From contig NC_045697.1 of the NCBI RefSeq assembly GCF_009834535.1, forward strand, positions 46,688,001 to 46,752,000: 64,000 nucleotides of DNA. Reading direction: 5' to 3'. Made by a program: the position numbers and the translations under genes. The DNA comes from Camelus ferus. Lineage: Eukaryota. Shown here piece by piece: positions 62,947 to 64,000 of the stretch. The notes under the pieces were generated by a model. The model was not told the origin of the DNA. It was given only the letters and a program-made list of their open reading frames with translations, and searched no databases. Within the stretch, counting starts at the first letter, position 1. Every line of letters starts with the position of its first letter.

Positions 62947-64000
62947 TAACAACCAAGCCTGGATTCCCAAGAAGTGAGCTTTTCACAAAATGAAAAAAAT
63001 CCAGCAATTCTGTCTCTTAATGTGATGACGCTATCACAGACTCTGATTTTATTTATAAACCAATTGCTGTGTGACTTATGAAAACCCTACAAGTAGACCT
63101 GTGGCTAGAAATAAACAAATTACAACAGAAAGCACTCTAGAAACATTTGATGTGTTTTTTTAACATGGGCAGTTAAAGTCGGGTCAGCCACTGGGAGTTA
63201 ACCCTCTCCACCGTCATGAAATCCTCCTGCTCCACGCCCTCTAAAATGTAGAATATTCATATTCTGCCTGTGGAATTCTTCATCAAACATTTTCTAACAC
63301 TTACGGACCAGGATTTGGTTTTCTGCTACACACTCTTGATTAAGAGGTGTGACTAACCTGCTAAAACTGAAGGCCATCTTGTTACAGTTGTCATCATTTT
63401 TAATGGACCCCAAAGTCCTCCTTTGTACATATTAGGAAAACCACAATACCATCATTGAATGTATAATGGAAACATAATTTTTTTTTTAAAGTAGAAACTT
63501 AGTTTTCTCATAGGTTAGATATTTTCCAGGAACATATTTGTCAAGTAAAATTCTTCATACATTTTACATTTTAATTACACTGATTTGCTGTGTAGATCCT
63601 ATACTGAGAAGGACGTGTTTTCCTTTGTTTTTTTTTCTTTTCATCTTTCCATTTTATGTACTTTACTTGGTATGTCTAACATATATGCTTATATACTTCA
63701 CACAGAGTAGTCTATTTATAAAGTAAGTTATATGAAGGGTAGTGTTAGCTGGACCACTACATATACAAATATTTTAGGGTAAACATTTATACATATTTTA
63801 GAGCAATGAGTATGCATACTATTTATCAGAAGAAACTTTTTTTAAAAAGAGGTGGCATTTAAAGTTTAAGTATAGTTTATGTTGGTAAAAAAAAGTGTGT
63901 TATGATTTCAACTAAATTTCTTACACCTTAACGTTTTTATTTAATTGCTTTAGCTGGATATATGCTGGGGGAAAAAAAGGAAAAAGCTGTGGAATACTAC
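62947..64000 (+). other. GK2 3'UTR and retroposed GK 3'UTR sequence; proximal AATAAA at 63110-63115
   Basis: GGATTCCCAAGAAGTGAGCTTT…CCAGCAATTCTGTCTCTTAATG…AAGTAGACCTGTGGCT…AATAAA. Resembles the X-linked GK 3'UTR (from memory) up to the window end. Confidence 0.65.

Overview
This is AT-rich, repeat-dense eutherian DNA, probably a cetartiodactyl and most likely a camelid. That call rests on lineage-type L1 3' ends and the absence of any recognisable Bov-tA, PRE1, CHR, Alu or B1 SINE. The only intact gene is the intronless testis retrogene GK2 (61285-62946, +). Its phosphate-1 loop is degenerate (VQSTNSTH instead of DQGTSSTR), it has a GC-rich germ-cell-type promoter region, and it appears to have landed inside an old L1. 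The most unusual structure is a 3.1-kb processed pseudogene of PTPN20 (8878-11999). It is bounded by a 17-bp target-site duplication and splits an L2. Its PTP coding sequence stops after the P-loop and is joined in frame to an antisense L1 segment, exactly where I recall an AG acceptor in the L1 consensus. This reads as a fossil of a PTPN20 mRNA isoform with an L1-derived terminal exon. The rest is old L1/L2/MIR/MaLR/ERVL/MER repeats, a decayed ERV-L pol/dUTPase, and several repeat-free, motif-rich stretches that could be enhancers. Repeat family names come from my recall of consensus sequences, not from a search, and boundaries are approximate unless a TSD is given.
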